From the NCBI GenBank assembly GCA_037441295.1, contig JBBISK010000001.1, positions 1 to 49,900 on the forward strand: a stretch of DNA of 49,900 bases, written 5' to 3'. The notes below the pieces were generated by a model. The model saw nothing but the letters and a program-made list of their open reading frames with translations. It was not told the origin of the DNA and did not search any database. Both the position numbers and the translations under genes were made by a program. The stretch comes from Candidatus Aminicenantes bacterium. GTDB taxonomy: Bacteria; Acidobacteriota; Aminicenantia; Aminicenantales; Saccharicenantaceae. Shown here piece after piece: positions 8,496 to 16,735 of this stretch (positions are counted from its first letter, which is position 1; every line of letters starts with the position of its first letter).

Positions 8496-9501
8496 TGACG
8501 TCCTTCCTCCGGGCGGCGTTCCGGAGCATCGTCTTCCAGAACTCGGCGTACTCGACGCCGGCGGCCTTGAGGGCCCGGGCGTAGCCGGCGTTGAGGCTGA
8601 TGTCGGGGTTCGGGTTGACCTCGAGGATGAACAGGCGGCCCTTGGCGTCCATGCGGAAATCGACGCGGGCGTAGTCGCGGCAGCCCATCGTCCGGAAGGC
8701 GTCGACGGCCATGCCCTGAAGCCTGCCGCGCAGCTCGTCGTCGACCGGCGCCGGGCAGACCGGCGGAGTCTTTTGGTAGAGCGGATGGTCCTCGAACCAC
8801 TTCGCCTCGTAGCTGCAGATCTTCGGGGCGCCCTTGGGCATCTGGGAGAAGTCGATCTCCGAAACGGGCAGGGGCACGATCGCCTCGTTCTCCATGACGG
8901 AGACATTGAACTCCCGGCCGTCGATGTAGGGCTCGACGAGGGCCGGCTGCCGGTAGTTGTCGAGGACGCGCCGGACCTGCCGGCGGAAGGCCTCCTCGTC
9001 GTGGACCACGGAGTCGGGGTAGATGCCGAGGCTGGCGTCCTCGTTGTTGGGCTTGACGATGATCGGGAACTTGAGGTCGGCGGGCTGGTCGGCCGCGAGC
9101 ATGAGCTGAGCCTGGGCCGTGGGCAGGTTGCAGGATCTGAGGACGGCCTTGGCCTTGTGTTTGTCCTGGCAGATGGACAGGGTCTTCGAGTCGTTCCCGG
9201 TGAACGGCAGGCCGAGGAGCTCGAAGATGCCGGCGACGTTGGACTCCCACTGGGGCCGCCCGTAGTAGCCCTCGCAGAGGTTGACCAGGAGCTCGGGGGC
9301 TTCCTCCTTGACCCGGTTGAGGAAGTTGAAGAGGCTCCGCTGGAGCGGGATGAGGGTCGTCTTGAAGCCCAGGGACTTGACGGCCTCGCAGACCTGCTGG
9401 GCCATCTCGGCCACGGACTCCTCGGACAGGCGCTCGCCGGATGCCGTGGGCCGGGGCTCGAAGGCGTTGAAGACGATCCCGACGTGGGACGGAAGGGTCA
9501 T
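8467..9501 (-). CDS. D-alanine--D-alanine ligase family ATP-grasp enzyme (paralog 2)
   Basis: 344 aa. It has a Ddl-like N-domain and the ATP-grasp blocks IVKPNNEDASLGI, EPYIDGREFNVSV and ARVDFRMDAKGRLFILEVNPNP. Confidence 0.85.
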   Translation of the reverse strand: MTLPSHVGIVFNAFEPRPTASGERLSEESVAEMAQQVCEAVKSLGFKTTLIPLQRSLFNFLNRVKEEAPELLVNLCEGYYGRPQWESNVAGIFELLGLPFTGNDSKTLSICQDKHKAKAVLRSCNLPTAQAQLMLAADQPADLKFPIIVKPNNEDASLGIYPDSVVHDEEAFRRQVRRVLDNYRQPALVEPYIDGREFNVSVMENEAIVPLPVSEIDFSQMPKGAPKICSYEAKWFEDHPLYQKTPPVCPAPVDDELRGRLQGMAVDAFRTMGCRDYARVDFRMDAKGRLFILEVNPNPDISLNAGYARALKAAGVEYAEFWKTMLRNAARRKDVNDPPNAAGR

Positions 9502-10607
9502 GCTCGGGCTGCCTGGACCGCCGGCCTTTCGGCCGCCGCGGGCCGGACGCGGGTCGTCCGGAGGCCCCAGCGCTTAACCGCCTCGTCCACGACCCGGTGG
9601 ATCAGGTCCGAATACGAGTACCCCGCCGTCCGGGCCGCCTTGGGCAGGCAGGAATTGTCCTCGGGATTCGGCAGGATGCCGGGCAGGGGGTTGACTTCGA
9701 GGATGTTCGGCTCCCCCTTCTCGTCGAGCCGGACGTCGATCCGGCACCAGTCGCGGATCCGCAGCACGGCGCAGGTCCGCGTCACGACCGTCTCGACCTT
9801 CCGCTTCAGCTCCGGCGCGAGGTCGGCCGGGCAGCGGAAGATCTCGAGCGGCTTCGCCGGGGTGTCCCAGATCCACTTGGCTTCGTACGAGTAGATCGGC
9901 GCGGCGCCCGCGGGAAGCTGGGAGTGGTCGATCTCGACGATGGGCAGGATCTCGTGCTGGGGGTAGTTGCCGAGGACGCCGACGGTGAACTCCCGGCCGG
10001 CGAGGAAGCGCTCGACGATGGCCGGCTGCCGGTAGGCGGCGACGACCTCCTCGACGCGCTCGTAGAGCTCGGCGGGCGTGCGGACGAGGGAGTTGTCCTT
10101 GATCCCCTTGCTCGAGCCCTCAAAGAGCGGCTTGACGACCGCCGGCAGCTTGAGGTTGCTCGGCAGGACCCCGGGCGCCTCGACGATCCAGAAGGCCGCG
10201 TTCGGGATCTTGTAGTAGGACAGGATCTCCTTGGCCCGCGACTTGTCGAGCGCGATGCCGAGGGTCAGCGGGTCCGACCCCGTGTACGGGATCTCGAGCA
10301 TCTCGCAGACCGTCGGGATGTGGGACTCGCGGTTCGGCCCGTAGAGGCGCTCGGCGATGTTGAAGACGAGGTGCGGGCGGAGGCGCTTCAGCCGGGCGTA
10401 AGCCTTCTCATCGGCTTCGATGCGGAAGACTTGGTAGCGTTCCTGGAGGACCCGCTCGACGGCATCGATCGTCTCGTCCGAATCGCATTCCGCGAGCAGG
10501 TCGGGTGGCGATGGAGGCTCGTCCTCCTCCTCACGTCGTTCGTCGGGGCGACGAAAGAGCGTCGCTTCCATCCCCGATTTTGAGCTGCAAAGCAATGCTA
10601 CTTTCAT
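9498..10607 (-). CDS. D-alanine--D-alanine ligase family ATP-grasp enzyme (paralog 1) with acidic N-terminal linker
   Basis: 369 aa. ATP-grasp blocks are VVKPLFEGSSKGI, ERFLAGREFTVGVLG and CRIDVRLDEKGEPNILEVNPLPG. An ATGA overlap joins it to the next gene. Confidence 0.85.
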   Translation of the reverse strand: MKVALLCSSKSGMEATLFRRPDERREEEDEPPSPPDLLAECDSDETIDAVERVLQERYQVFRIEADEKAYARLKRLRPHLVFNIAERLYGPNRESHIPTVCEMLEIPYTGSDPLTLGIALDKSRAKEILSYYKIPNAAFWIVEAPGVLPSNLKLPAVVKPLFEGSSKGIKDNSLVRTPAELYERVEEVVAAYRQPAIVERFLAGREFTVGVLGNYPQHEILPIVEIDHSQLPAGAAPIYSYEAKWIWDTPAKPLEIFRCPADLAPELKRKVETVVTRTCAVLRIRDWCRIDVRLDEKGEPNILEVNPLPGILPNPEDNSCLPKAARTAGYSYSDLIHRVVDEAVKRWGLRTTRVRPAAAERPAVQAARA

Positions 10608-10712
10608 CGCTCATGTTCCTTCAACTGAAATTCTCGTAAGTTCCGAGTGCCGTAACCATGGAGTGGTCCTCAGTCTCGTTCCTTCTCGTTCTCCGTATCA
10701 AAATTCAATTTA

Positions 10713-10740
10713 TTTATAGACCTATTATATCAAATGTCAA
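10713..10740 (-). promoter_or_regulatory. Sigma70-like promoter for the ATP-grasp/GNAT/kamA operon
   Basis: On the minus strand: TTGACA (10740-10735), a 16-nt spacer, then TATAAA (10718-10713). It lies inside a conspicuous AT-rich island. The predicted leader to the ATG at 10607 is ~100 nt. Confidence 0.55.
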
Positions 10741-10858
10741 GAATTTTTTAAGGGAAGGCCACTTTTTTTGGTAGAGAACAAGATTCCCGACGCTATTTGT
10801 GGTGGCGAAAATGACGGCGCGCGGGCCTCACGTCGCCGCGTCGCGGACCGCGGCCGGC

Positions 10859-12109
10859 TCAGCGGAAGAGGACGAGCGTCGCGATGATGTAGAGCGGCCC
10901 CAGCACGGCCGCGGCGTAGCCCATGTAGCCGAAGAACGACGGCATCGCGTACCGATAATGCTCGGCGATGCGCTTGACCATGAAGTTCGGGCCGTTGCCG
11001 ATGTACGAGTTAGCGCCCATGAAAACCGCTCCGGCGCTGATGGCTCCGAGCACGGCCGCCGGAACCCCCGCGACACCGCCCCCGAGTCCGAGCCCGCGGG
11101 CCAGGGAGAAGAAGGTGAGGTAGGTCGGCGTGTTGTCGAGGAACGAGGACAGCCCGCCCGTGAGCCAAAAGAACTGCCAGGGCCTGGTCACGCCGAGCTC
11201 GGCGCCGCGTGCGCCGAGCAGGAGGAGGGCCGGGATCATGGTCACGAAAATCCCGGCGAAGAGGACAGCGACCTCGGCGATCGGGGCGTAGCCGAAGCGA
11301 TTCTCGTCCCGATAGCTCTTCCTCGTCGTGGCGAGCGAGAGAAGGGCCATGAGGACGAGGGCCGTCTCGCGGAAGGGGAACGGCAGGAACATCCCGCCGA
11401 CGACGCCCGCGACCCAGGCGAAGTTCAGCGTGCCCTTGAAATGGAGGGGAACGACGCGGGCCCGGTCGCGGATGAGGTCCTTCATCGTCTCCCGTTCGTA
11501 CGCGAGGCTGTCCAGGACGAAGAAGATGAGGAGAAGGCCGCCCAGGACGAGGGCCCACGCCGGAAAGAGCCGAAGCGTCCAAAAGAAGGGCACGCCCTTG
11601 AGGAAGCCCATGAAGAGCGGCGGATCGCCGAGGGGTGTCAGACAGCCGCCGATGTTGGAGACGGCGAAGATGAAAAAGACCGGGATGTGCCGCGTCCGCC
11701 GCCGCTCGCGGTTGGTCTGGAGGAGCGGCCGGATAAGGAGCATGCTCGCCCCGGTCGTGCCGATGACGTTGGCCAGGACCGCGCCGGCGAGGAGAAAGCC
11801 CGTGTTAACGAGCGGCGTCGCCCGGAGGTCGCCGCGGAGGACGATGCCGCCGGAGATGATGAACAGCGCCGCGAGGAGGATGATGAACGAGGCGTAGTCC
11901 TTGGCCGAGTGGAGGAGCTCGAGCGGCGCCCGCCACAGGAAATAGGCGGCGACCGGGGCCGACCACAGTGCGGCGACGAGGGCCTGGCCGCGCGGTCGTT
12001 CCCAGAACCGGGCGGCCCGGAGGGGCAGGAGCGCGATCGAGAGGAGCAGTCCGAGGAACGGCACGACCGACCAGAGCGGCAGGGTCCGGCCCAGGGTTTC
12101 CGCGCTCAT
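10859..12109 (-). CDS. ArsB/NhaD-superfamily ion transporter (putative Na+/H+ antiporter)
   Basis: 416 aa polytopic membrane protein. The N-terminus LPLWSVVPFLGLLLSIALLPL and overall pattern resemble NhaD/citrate-transporter-like permeases. Confidence 0.65.
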   Translation of the reverse strand: MSAETLGRTLPLWSVVPFLGLLLSIALLPLRAARFWERPRGQALVAALWSAPVAAYFLWRAPLELLHSAKDYASFIILLAALFIISGGIVLRGDLRATPLVNTGFLLAGAVLANVIGTTGASMLLIRPLLQTNRERRRTRHIPVFFIFAVSNIGGCLTPLGDPPLFMGFLKGVPFFWTLRLFPAWALVLGGLLLIFFVLDSLAYERETMKDLIRDRARVVPLHFKGTLNFAWVAGVVGGMFLPFPFRETALVLMALLSLATTRKSYRDENRFGYAPIAEVAVLFAGIFVTMIPALLLLGARGAELGVTRPWQFFWLTGGLSSFLDNTPTYLTFFSLARGLGLGGGVAGVPAAVLGAISAGAVFMGANSYIGNGPNFMVKRIAEHYRYAMPSFFGYMGYAAAVLGPLYIIATLVLFR

Positions 12110-12164
12110 CGTCCTTTTATCTCGTCATTCTCCGGCGTCCGGCCGCGGCGGCGCCCCCCCCGCG

Positions 12165-13025
12165 TCACGGAAGGAAGGTCGGCGGAAGATAGGAGGCCCG
12201 GAGAGGAAGCCCGCGCTTCCGGGCCTTCTCTTCGAGCGGCCGCTCGATCGAGCGGCGGTCGCTCGGCGCGGTGAGGAAAACGACCCCGGCGCCGGCGGCG
12301 AAGAGCCGTTCGAGCGTTTCGAGCGGCAGCCCCCGCTCGACGTAGAGGACGAGCCGCGAGCCGGCGGCGCGGGCCGCGCGGAGGATGCCGAGGCCGATGT
12401 CGACGGCCCCGGCCGCGTCGAAGCCGCGGTCGGAGGCGTGAACCCAGGCCCCCTGGGCGGCCGCACCCGCGAGCTCCTCAGAAAGCGGCCCGTGGTGGTA
12501 ATAAGCCAGGAACGCGCGCCCCTTCCTGGCCGCCTCGGCCAGCCCCGCCACGGCGGCGGGGTCGCGGGGGATCGTCCGGTTGGAGACGTGGACGTCCATC
12601 CCGGCCGCCGCGAGCGCGAGGAGCGAGGGCAGGGAGAGCGTCGGGACCTTGGGCTCGGCCTCCAGGGGTCCGTTCTGGAAGAAGGCCAGCACGGTCCGCG
12701 CCCGGCGGCAGGCGACGAGGAGCCGGTCGAGCTCGGCTTCGACGGGCCGCGCCTCGTCGGAGGTGAAGAGCCTGACCCGCTCGCCGATGAGCGCTTCGAG
12801 CTCGGTCGCGCCGAAGCGGCCGGTGTCGAGGAGGCCCACGCGGACCCTCCGTGTCCGGGCCGCGCGGACCGCGTCGAAAAGGGCCTCGCGCCCGAACTGG
12901 TCATCGCGGATGAGCATGTCGCGGCCCATGCGGACCCGGTCGAGGAGCTCGTACGTCCGGACGACGTCCTCGATGCCTTTCTCGACGGGGTGCTTGTCCA
13001 TGTTTCGAATGCCAAGATATACCAT
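12165..13025 (-). CDS. Hypothetical protein built from four ~50-60 aa tandem repeats
   Basis: 286 aa. Four repeat modules are visible by eye: RRVRVGLLDTGRFGATELEALIGERVRLFTSD; ARTVLAFFQNGPLEAE...LLALAAAGMDVHVSNR; GRAFLAYYHHGPLSEELAGAAAQGAWVHASDR; GSRLVLYVERGLPLETLERLFAAGAGVVFLTAPSD. No family was recognised. Confidence 0.6.
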   Translation of the reverse strand: MVYLGIRNMDKHPVEKGIEDVVRTYELLDRVRMGRDMLIRDDQFGREALFDAVRAARTRRVRVGLLDTGRFGATELEALIGERVRLFTSDEARPVEAELDRLLVACRRARTVLAFFQNGPLEAEPKVPTLSLPSLLALAAAGMDVHVSNRTIPRDPAAVAGLAEAARKGRAFLAYYHHGPLSEELAGAAAQGAWVHASDRGFDAAGAVDIGLGILRAARAAGSRLVLYVERGLPLETLERLFAAGAGVVFLTAPSDRRSIERPLEEKARKRGLPLRASYLPPTFLP

Positions 13026-13057
13026 CGCGACCTGGACCTGTCAAATGAGCCGGCCGC

Positions 13058-13086
13058 TTGAAAACGGCCAACATGTCCTTTATTAT
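13058..13086 (+). promoter_or_regulatory. Sigma70-like promoter for queCDE
   Basis: TTGAAA (13058-13063), a 17-nt spacer, then TATTAT (13081-13086), followed by the GGGGGAGAAG RBS and the ATG at 13101. Confidence 0.55.
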
Positions 13087-13100
13087 CGGGGGAGAAGACC

Positions 13101-13802
13101 ATGGCCGGGAATTCCTGCGTCGTCCTGTTCTCGGGCGGCATCGACTCGACGACCGCCCTCTACTGGGCCCTCGCCCGCTACGGCCGGGTCCTGCCGCTAA
13201 CGTTCGACTACGGCCAGCGCCACCGGGTCGAGGTCCGGCTGGCCGGCCGCCTTCTCCGCAAGCTCGGCCTGCCGCGCGCGGTCCTTCGGCTCGACCTCGG
13301 CCAAGTCGGCGGCTCGGCGCTGACCGACCCCCGGATCCCCCTTCCCCGCGTCCGCAAGCGCGCGGAAATCCCGGCCGGCCCGCCGGCGACCTACGTCCCC
13401 TTCCGCAACGGCATCTTCCTGGCCGTGGCCGCGGCCTGGGCCGAGGCCCGGGGCGTCCGCGAACTTGTCTGCGGCTTCCACGTCCTCGACTCGCCCGAAT
13501 ACCCCGACACGCGCCGGGAGTTCGTCCGGGCCATGGAGAAGGCCGTCAACCTGGGCACGTCGGCGGCCTTCGGCGGCCCGAGGACGCGGATCCTCGCCCC
13601 GTTCGTCGGGCTGAGAAAGGCCGAGATCATCCGCCGGGGCCTCCGCCTCGGCGCCGATTACTCCTATTCCGTCTCCTGCTACGCCGGCGGCGAAGCCCCG
13701 TGCGGGACGTGCTCGTCCTGCCTCCTGCGCCGCGAGGCGTGGCGGGAGGCCGGCCGCGAGGACCCGCTCCTGGCGCGGCTGCGAAAGGAAGGCGCGCGAT
13801 GA
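13101..13802 (+). CDS. queC: 7-cyano-7-deazaguanine synthase
   Basis: Has the LFSGGIDS PP-loop and a C-terminal Cys cluster, CYAGGEAPCGTCSSCLLR. Confidence 0.93.
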   Translation: MAGNSCVVLFSGGIDSTTALYWALARYGRVLPLTFDYGQRHRVEVRLAGRLLRKLGLPRAVLRLDLGQVGGSALTDPRIPLPRVRKRAEIPAGPPATYVPFRNGIFLAVAAAWAEARGVRELVCGFHVLDSPEYPDTRREFVRAMEKAVNLGTSAAFGGPRTRILAPFVGLRKAEIIRRGLRLGADYSYSVSCYAGGEAPCGTCSSCLLRREAWREAGREDPLLARLRKEGAR

Positions 13803-14146
13803 GCTGGACACTCAAGGTCAGGGACGCGTTCTCCGCCGCCCACTTCCTCCGGGGCTACAAGGGGAAGTGCGAGAAGATCCATGGCCATACCTTCCAGGTC
13901 GAGGTTGAGGTCCGCGCCGCGGAGCTCGACGCGTCCGGCATCGGCTTCGACTTCACCGAAATCAAGAAGGCGCTGGCCGGGACCCTGCCCGACCACACGC
14001 TCCTCAACGAGGCCTATCCGTTCAACCCCTCGGCCGAGAACCTGGCCCGGCACCTATTCGGCGAGCTCCGGAAGCTCTACCCGGTGCGGGCCGTGACCGT
14101 CTGGGAGTCCGATGATGCGTCGGCAACATACACTGAGGACGACTGA
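13799..14146 (+). CDS. queD: 6-carboxy-5,6,7,8-tetrahydropterin synthase
   Basis: The internal ATG at 13799 forms an ATGA overlap with the queC stop. Motifs are FSAAHFL and CEKIHGHTFQVEV (Zn His triad region). Length is 115 aa. Confidence 0.9.
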   Translation: MSWTLKVRDAFSAAHFLRGYKGKCEKIHGHTFQVEVEVRAAELDASGIGFDFTEIKKALAGTLPDHTLLNEAYPFNPSAENLARHLFGELRKLYPVRAVTVWESDDASATYTEDD

Positions 14147-14744
14147 GGTCTTCGCCTCCGTCCAGGGCGAAGGGCTGCGCATGGGCGAGCCGGCGATCTT
14201 CATCCGGCTGGCCGGCTGCAACCTGCGATGCTCCTTCTGCGACACGAAGCGGGCCTGGGGGCGGGGCCGGGCCCGGACCGTGGCCGAGATCGTGGCCGAG
14301 GTCCGCTCCCTCCACCGGGATTTCCCGGCCCGCTGGGCCTGCCTGACCGGCGGCGAGCCGCTCCGCCAGGCCGTCGCTCCCCTCATCCGCGCCCTGCGCA
14401 GGGATGGTCTCGCCGTCCAGGTCGAAACGAACGGGACGTTCGCGCCGCGGCCCGACGCCGACTGGTACTCCGTTTCGCCGAAACCGCCCGATTACGCCGC
14501 CCATCCCCTCTTCCGGAGAAAAGCGAAGGAGGTCAAGCTCGTCGTCAGCCGCGGCCTGACCGTCGACGACGTCCGGGCCGTCCGCCGCGCCTTCCCCCCG
14601 GCGACCCCGGTCATCCTCCAGCCGCAGGGCAACGCCGGCTGGAGCCTGCGGAAGGCGGTCCGGCTCCTCGAAGAGGGCTCGCGCCAAGGGCTCGGCAACG
14701 TCCGCGTCGGGTTCCAGCTCCATAAGGTCTACAAGCTCAAATGA
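14112..14744 (+). CDS. queE: 7-carboxy-7-deazaguanine synthase (radical SAM)
   Basis: Motifs are EVFASVQGEG and the CNLRCSFCDT cluster. The exact start (14112 or 14115) is uncertain. Confidence 0.88.
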   Translation: MMRRQHTLRTTEVFASVQGEGLRMGEPAIFIRLAGCNLRCSFCDTKRAWGRGRARTVAEIVAEVRSLHRDFPARWACLTGGEPLRQAVAPLIRALRRDGLAVQVETNGTFAPRPDADWYSVSPKPPDYAAHPLFRRKAKEVKLVVSRGLTVDDVRAVRRAFPPATPVILQPQGNAGWSLRKAVRLLEEGSRQGLGNVRVGFQLHKVYKLK

Positions 14745-14760
14745 GCGCGGGGACGGAAGG

Positions 14761-15837
14761 TTAGTAGCGCTTCCAGAGATCGCCCCATTCCGTCTTCATG
14801 AACTTCCGGATGCGACGGCGGCCGGCCGTCGGGTACCACAGCAGGTCGTGATAGACGTTGCTGGCGAAGGGCGCCCAGACGACGAGCGGCGAGTGGAGGA
14901 GGAGCTTTTCGAAGGGCCGCAGGCAGCCCTTGCGGATCGTCTGGTCCCCCCAGATGACGAAGCTCCGCTTCGAACAGAACCCGAAATCGAGACCTGAGAT
15001 GTCGTCGCCGGCGACCTCGATCTCGGCCGGGTCGCCGACGCCGAGGCCGCGCTCGTGGGCCATGCGGATGTATGGGATGGACATCGGGTCGAAGCCCATG
15101 ACCCTGGCCGCGACGGCGTCGATGGCCACCGAGTCGCCGCTGGCTAAGATGATGTTCTTGACGCACGGGACCATCGTCCGGGGCCCGGCGCCGTCGCCGC
15201 AGACCGTCCCGTCCATGACGCAGAACAGGCTCGGGTGGAGCTCCCTCTGCATGTAAAGCAGGTCGACCAGGACCTCGTGGATGTACTTATGGGCGTAGTG
15301 GCGGACCTCCTTGAGGAGGCCGCCGAAGGCGTTCTTGACCGCGCCCGTCGTCGTCGAGTGGCCGTGCGTCTTGACTGTTGGGAGATGGAGGACGTTGCGG
15401 CCGATGAACATCTTGGGGATCTCGATGCCCTCGGGAAAGATCTCGTTCAGCTTGAGGAGCGGGCTGCGGAAGGGATAGACCGTCCACTCGACCTCGGGCA
15501 GGGGCGTGAAGCCGAGGCCGTAGCGCTCGAGGACCGGCAGCCACTTGTTGTTCCGGGCGCCCTGGCGCGGATTGGTCACGACCGTCTTGTTCTCGATGGG
15601 AAGGAGCCGCCCTGCCGGGAAGCCGTCGCCGACGAGCGTCCGGACGACGCCCTCGACCTGCCAGGGCTCGCTCGAGCAGGCCGGGAAGTACTTCGTCCAG
15701 GACAGGTTGAGCTTGATGAGGGTATCGCGGTCCTTGGACAGGAACCGCTGGTAATCGGCCAGCGCCATGAGCCGCCCGTAGTCGTCGAGGACCGTGGCGG
15801 GGCTCGTGCGGAGGACGGCGACCTTGGCTCGGGTCAT
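14761..15837 (-). CDS. DUF362-like domain protein
   Basis: 358 aa. The N-terminal VAVLRTSP...VLDDYGRLM and overall pattern are recalled as DUF362. The assignment is from memory only. Confidence 0.55.
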   Translation of the reverse strand: MTRAKVAVLRTSPATVLDDYGRLMALADYQRFLSKDRDTLIKLNLSWTKYFPACSSEPWQVEGVVRTLVGDGFPAGRLLPIENKTVVTNPRQGARNNKWLPVLERYGLGFTPLPEVEWTVYPFRSPLLKLNEIFPEGIEIPKMFIGRNVLHLPTVKTHGHSTTTGAVKNAFGGLLKEVRHYAHKYIHEVLVDLLYMQRELHPSLFCVMDGTVCGDGAGPRTMVPCVKNIILASGDSVAIDAVAARVMGFDPMSIPYIRMAHERGLGVGDPAEIEVAGDDISGLDFGFCSKRSFVIWGDQTIRKGCLRPFEKLLLHSPLVVWAPFASNVYHDLLWYPTAGRRRIRKFMKTEWGDLWKRY

Positions 15838-15844
15838 GGGCGCC

Positions 15845-16729
15845 TTACCGGAAATGGAGGATCAGGGCCGCGGCCACGACCCAGAGGAAGATCGCGGCGA
15901 GGAGCGGCTTGTCCCGGATGATGAGGGCTTCGGGCGTCCCGCCCCCCCCCTTCCGGTGGATGAGGTAGAGGTAGCGGAAGATGCCGTAGAGGACGAAGGG
16001 CACGGTGAAGACGAGATGACGCGTCCCGAACTTGGCCACCGTCTCGGCCGAGATCGTGTAGAGGCAGTAGGCGACGAGCGTCGAGGACGTGACGACCGAG
16101 ATCATCTGGTCGAGGAGGTCCGTGCTGTATTCCCGGAGGATCGGGCGGTGGCTGGCGGCGTCCTTATCGAGGAGGACGAGCTCGTAGCGGCGCTTGCCCA
16201 TGGCCAGGAAGAGGGCGAGAAGGGTCGTGCAGAGGAGGAGCCAGGAGGAGATCTCGACCCGGATGGCCAGGCCGCCCGCGACGACCCGGATGAGGAAGCC
16301 GGCGGCGATGACGAAGATGTCCATGATGACGACGTGCTTCAGCCACATCGAATAAACGGTCTGGAGGACGAGGTAGCCGAGGGCGGCGAGGAAGAACGGC
16401 AGGCCGAGCGTCGCGGCCAGCCCGAGCCCGGCGGCGGCGAGGACGAGAAGGGCGGCGACGGCCGGGCCCTTCTTGAGCCGGCCCGAGGCCAGCGGCCGCA
16501 GGCACTTGACGGGATGGCGGCGGTCCTCCTCGATGTCGCGGAGGTCGTTGAAGATGTAATGGGCGCTCGAGACGAGGCAAAAGGCGACGAAGGCCTCGGC
16601 CGTCTTGAAGAGGAGCGGGCCGTTCAGGAGATTCCGGGAGAAGACGAGGGGGGCGAAGATGAAGAAGTTCTTGATCCACTGCTGAGGGCGCAGGGACTTG
16701 AAAATCTCGATCGTCGTCATCCGTCTCAT
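15845..16729 (-). CDS. UbiA-family prenyltransferase, decaprenyl-phosphate phosphoribosyltransferase-like
   Basis: Motifs are RPQQWIKNFFIFAPL and NDLRDIEEDRRHPVK (NDxxDxxxD). It has ~8 TM helices. Confidence 0.8.
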   Translation of the reverse strand: MRRMTTIEIFKSLRPQQWIKNFFIFAPLVFSRNLLNGPLLFKTAEAFVAFCLVSSAHYIFNDLRDIEEDRRHPVKCLRPLASGRLKKGPAVAALLVLAAAGLGLAATLGLPFFLAALGYLVLQTVYSMWLKHVVIMDIFVIAAGFLIRVVAGGLAIRVEISSWLLLCTTLLALFLAMGKRRYELVLLDKDAASHRPILREYSTDLLDQMISVVTSSTLVAYCLYTISAETVAKFGTRHLVFTVPFVLYGIFRYLYLIHRKGGGGTPEALIIRDKPLLAAIFLWVVAAALILHFR

Positions 16730-16735
16730 CCCATT

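Noticed and set aside
10608-10712. A possible lysine riboswitch or leader peptide in the ~100-nt leader of the ATP-grasp/kamA operon. This includes a 12-codon uORF (10621..10659, minus strand, MVTALGTYENFS) with a GAGGA upstream.
   Set aside because: The leader is too short and AT-rich for an L-box, and no L-box consensus blocks are present. The uORF has no lysine codons and is too short to support from sequence alone.
13026-13100. A preQ1 riboswitch expected upstream of queC (and upstream of queF at 18169-18300).
   Set aside because: The queC leader is only ~15 nt after the predicted -10. Upstream of queF I could not find the preQ1-I stem-loop plus A-rich tail consensus. A covariance-model scan would be needed to exclude divergent classes.
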